Shown here: positions 63,210-64,000 of the stretch, in pieces | How positions within the stretch are numbered: position 1 is the stretch's first letter | How the letters are laid out: each line of letters begins with the position of its first letter | Source: Squalus acanthias | Lineage: Eukaryota | Assembly: GCA_030390025.1 (NCBI GenBank) | Contig: CM059432.1 | Location: forward strand, 11,842,001-11,906,000 | DNA: 64,000 nt | Direction: 5' to 3' | Made by a program: the position numbers and the translations under genes | The notes under the pieces: model-generated | What the model was told of the DNA's origin: nothing | Seen by the model: the letters and a program-made list of their open reading frames with translations, nothing else | Databases searched by the model: none

Positions 63210-64000
63210 TACATAAGAACATAAGAAATAGGAGCAGGAGTAGGCCATACAGCCCCTCAAGCCTGCTCCGCCATTCAATAAGATCATGGCTGATCATCGA
63301 CCTCAACTCCACTTTCCCGCCCGATCTCCATATCCCTTGATTCTCCTAGAGTCCAAAAATCTATCGATCTCAGCCTTGAATATACTCAAAGACTCAGCAT
63401 TCACAGCCCTCTGGGGCAGAGAATTCCAAAGATTCACAACCCTCTGAGTGAAGAAATTCCTCCTCATCTCAGTCTTAAATGGCCTACCTCTTATTGTGAG
63501 ACTATGCCCCATAGTTCTAGACACTCCAGCCAGGGGAAACAACCTCTCAGCATCTACCCTGTCAATCCCCTTCAGAATCTTGTATGTTTCAATGAGATCA
63601 CCTCTCATTCTTCTAAACTCCAGAGAGTATAGGCCCATTCTACACAATCTCTCATCATAGGACAGCCCTCTCATCCCAGGAATCAATCTAGTGAACCTTC
63701 ATTGCACCACCTCCAAGGCAAGTATATCCTTCCTTAGATAAGGAGACCAAAACTGTGCAAGGTACTCCAGGTGTGGTCTCACCAAGGCCCTGTACAATTG
63801 TAGCAAGACTTCCTTATTCTTATACTCCAACCCCCTTGCAATAAAGGCCAACATGCCATTAGCCTTCCTTATTGCTTGCTGTAATGGCATGCTAACTTTT
63901 CTGTGTTTCTTGCACAAGGACACCCAAATCTCTCTGAACACCAACATTTGAAAGTTTCTCACCATTTAAAAAATATTCTGTTTTTCTATTCTTCCTACCA
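63210..64000 (-). mobile_element. Young CR1 LINE 3' part, running off the window edge
   Basis: KANGMLAFIARGLEYK...RPHLEY...RRMRGDLIETYKILKG...; (TTCTTATG)n tail. Confidence 0.9.

Overview
This is repeat-rich vertebrate DNA. The SINE, LINE and Penelope families point to a cartilaginous fish (shark or ray); that assignment is inference. Two host genes lie on the minus strand. (1) A complete six-exon PRELID3A/SLMO1-like gene, join(56886..56855, 54206..54038, 51213..51124, 44233..44163, 40050..39948, 32478..32404), 540 nt, 179 aa, all introns GT-AG. It has a CpG-island promoter built from tandem GC-box/NRF1-like units, and its last exon appears frameshifted, leaving a PRELID3B-like tail stranded in the -1 frame. 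(2) The 5' part of an unidentified N-terminal CARD gene (small exon 9141..9129 plus CARD exon 3413..3156) with an NF-kB/CRE-type promoter; it either continues beyond the left edge or is CARD-only. A second NF-kB+CRE/TATA promoter-like element sits at about 61.1-61.4 kb. The rest is mostly decayed mobile DNA: CR1, L2 and Vingi-like LINEs, Deu-, HE1- and LF-type SINEs, hAT and Harbinger-like non-autonomous DNA transposons, solo LTRs, and Penelope-like elements, including two TSD-flanked palindromic insertions with minimal hammerhead-ribozyme motifs. I found no CRISPR array, rRNA or true tRNA gene. Family names come from recognition by eye, not database searches, and repeat boundaries are approximate unless TSDs or TIRs are given.
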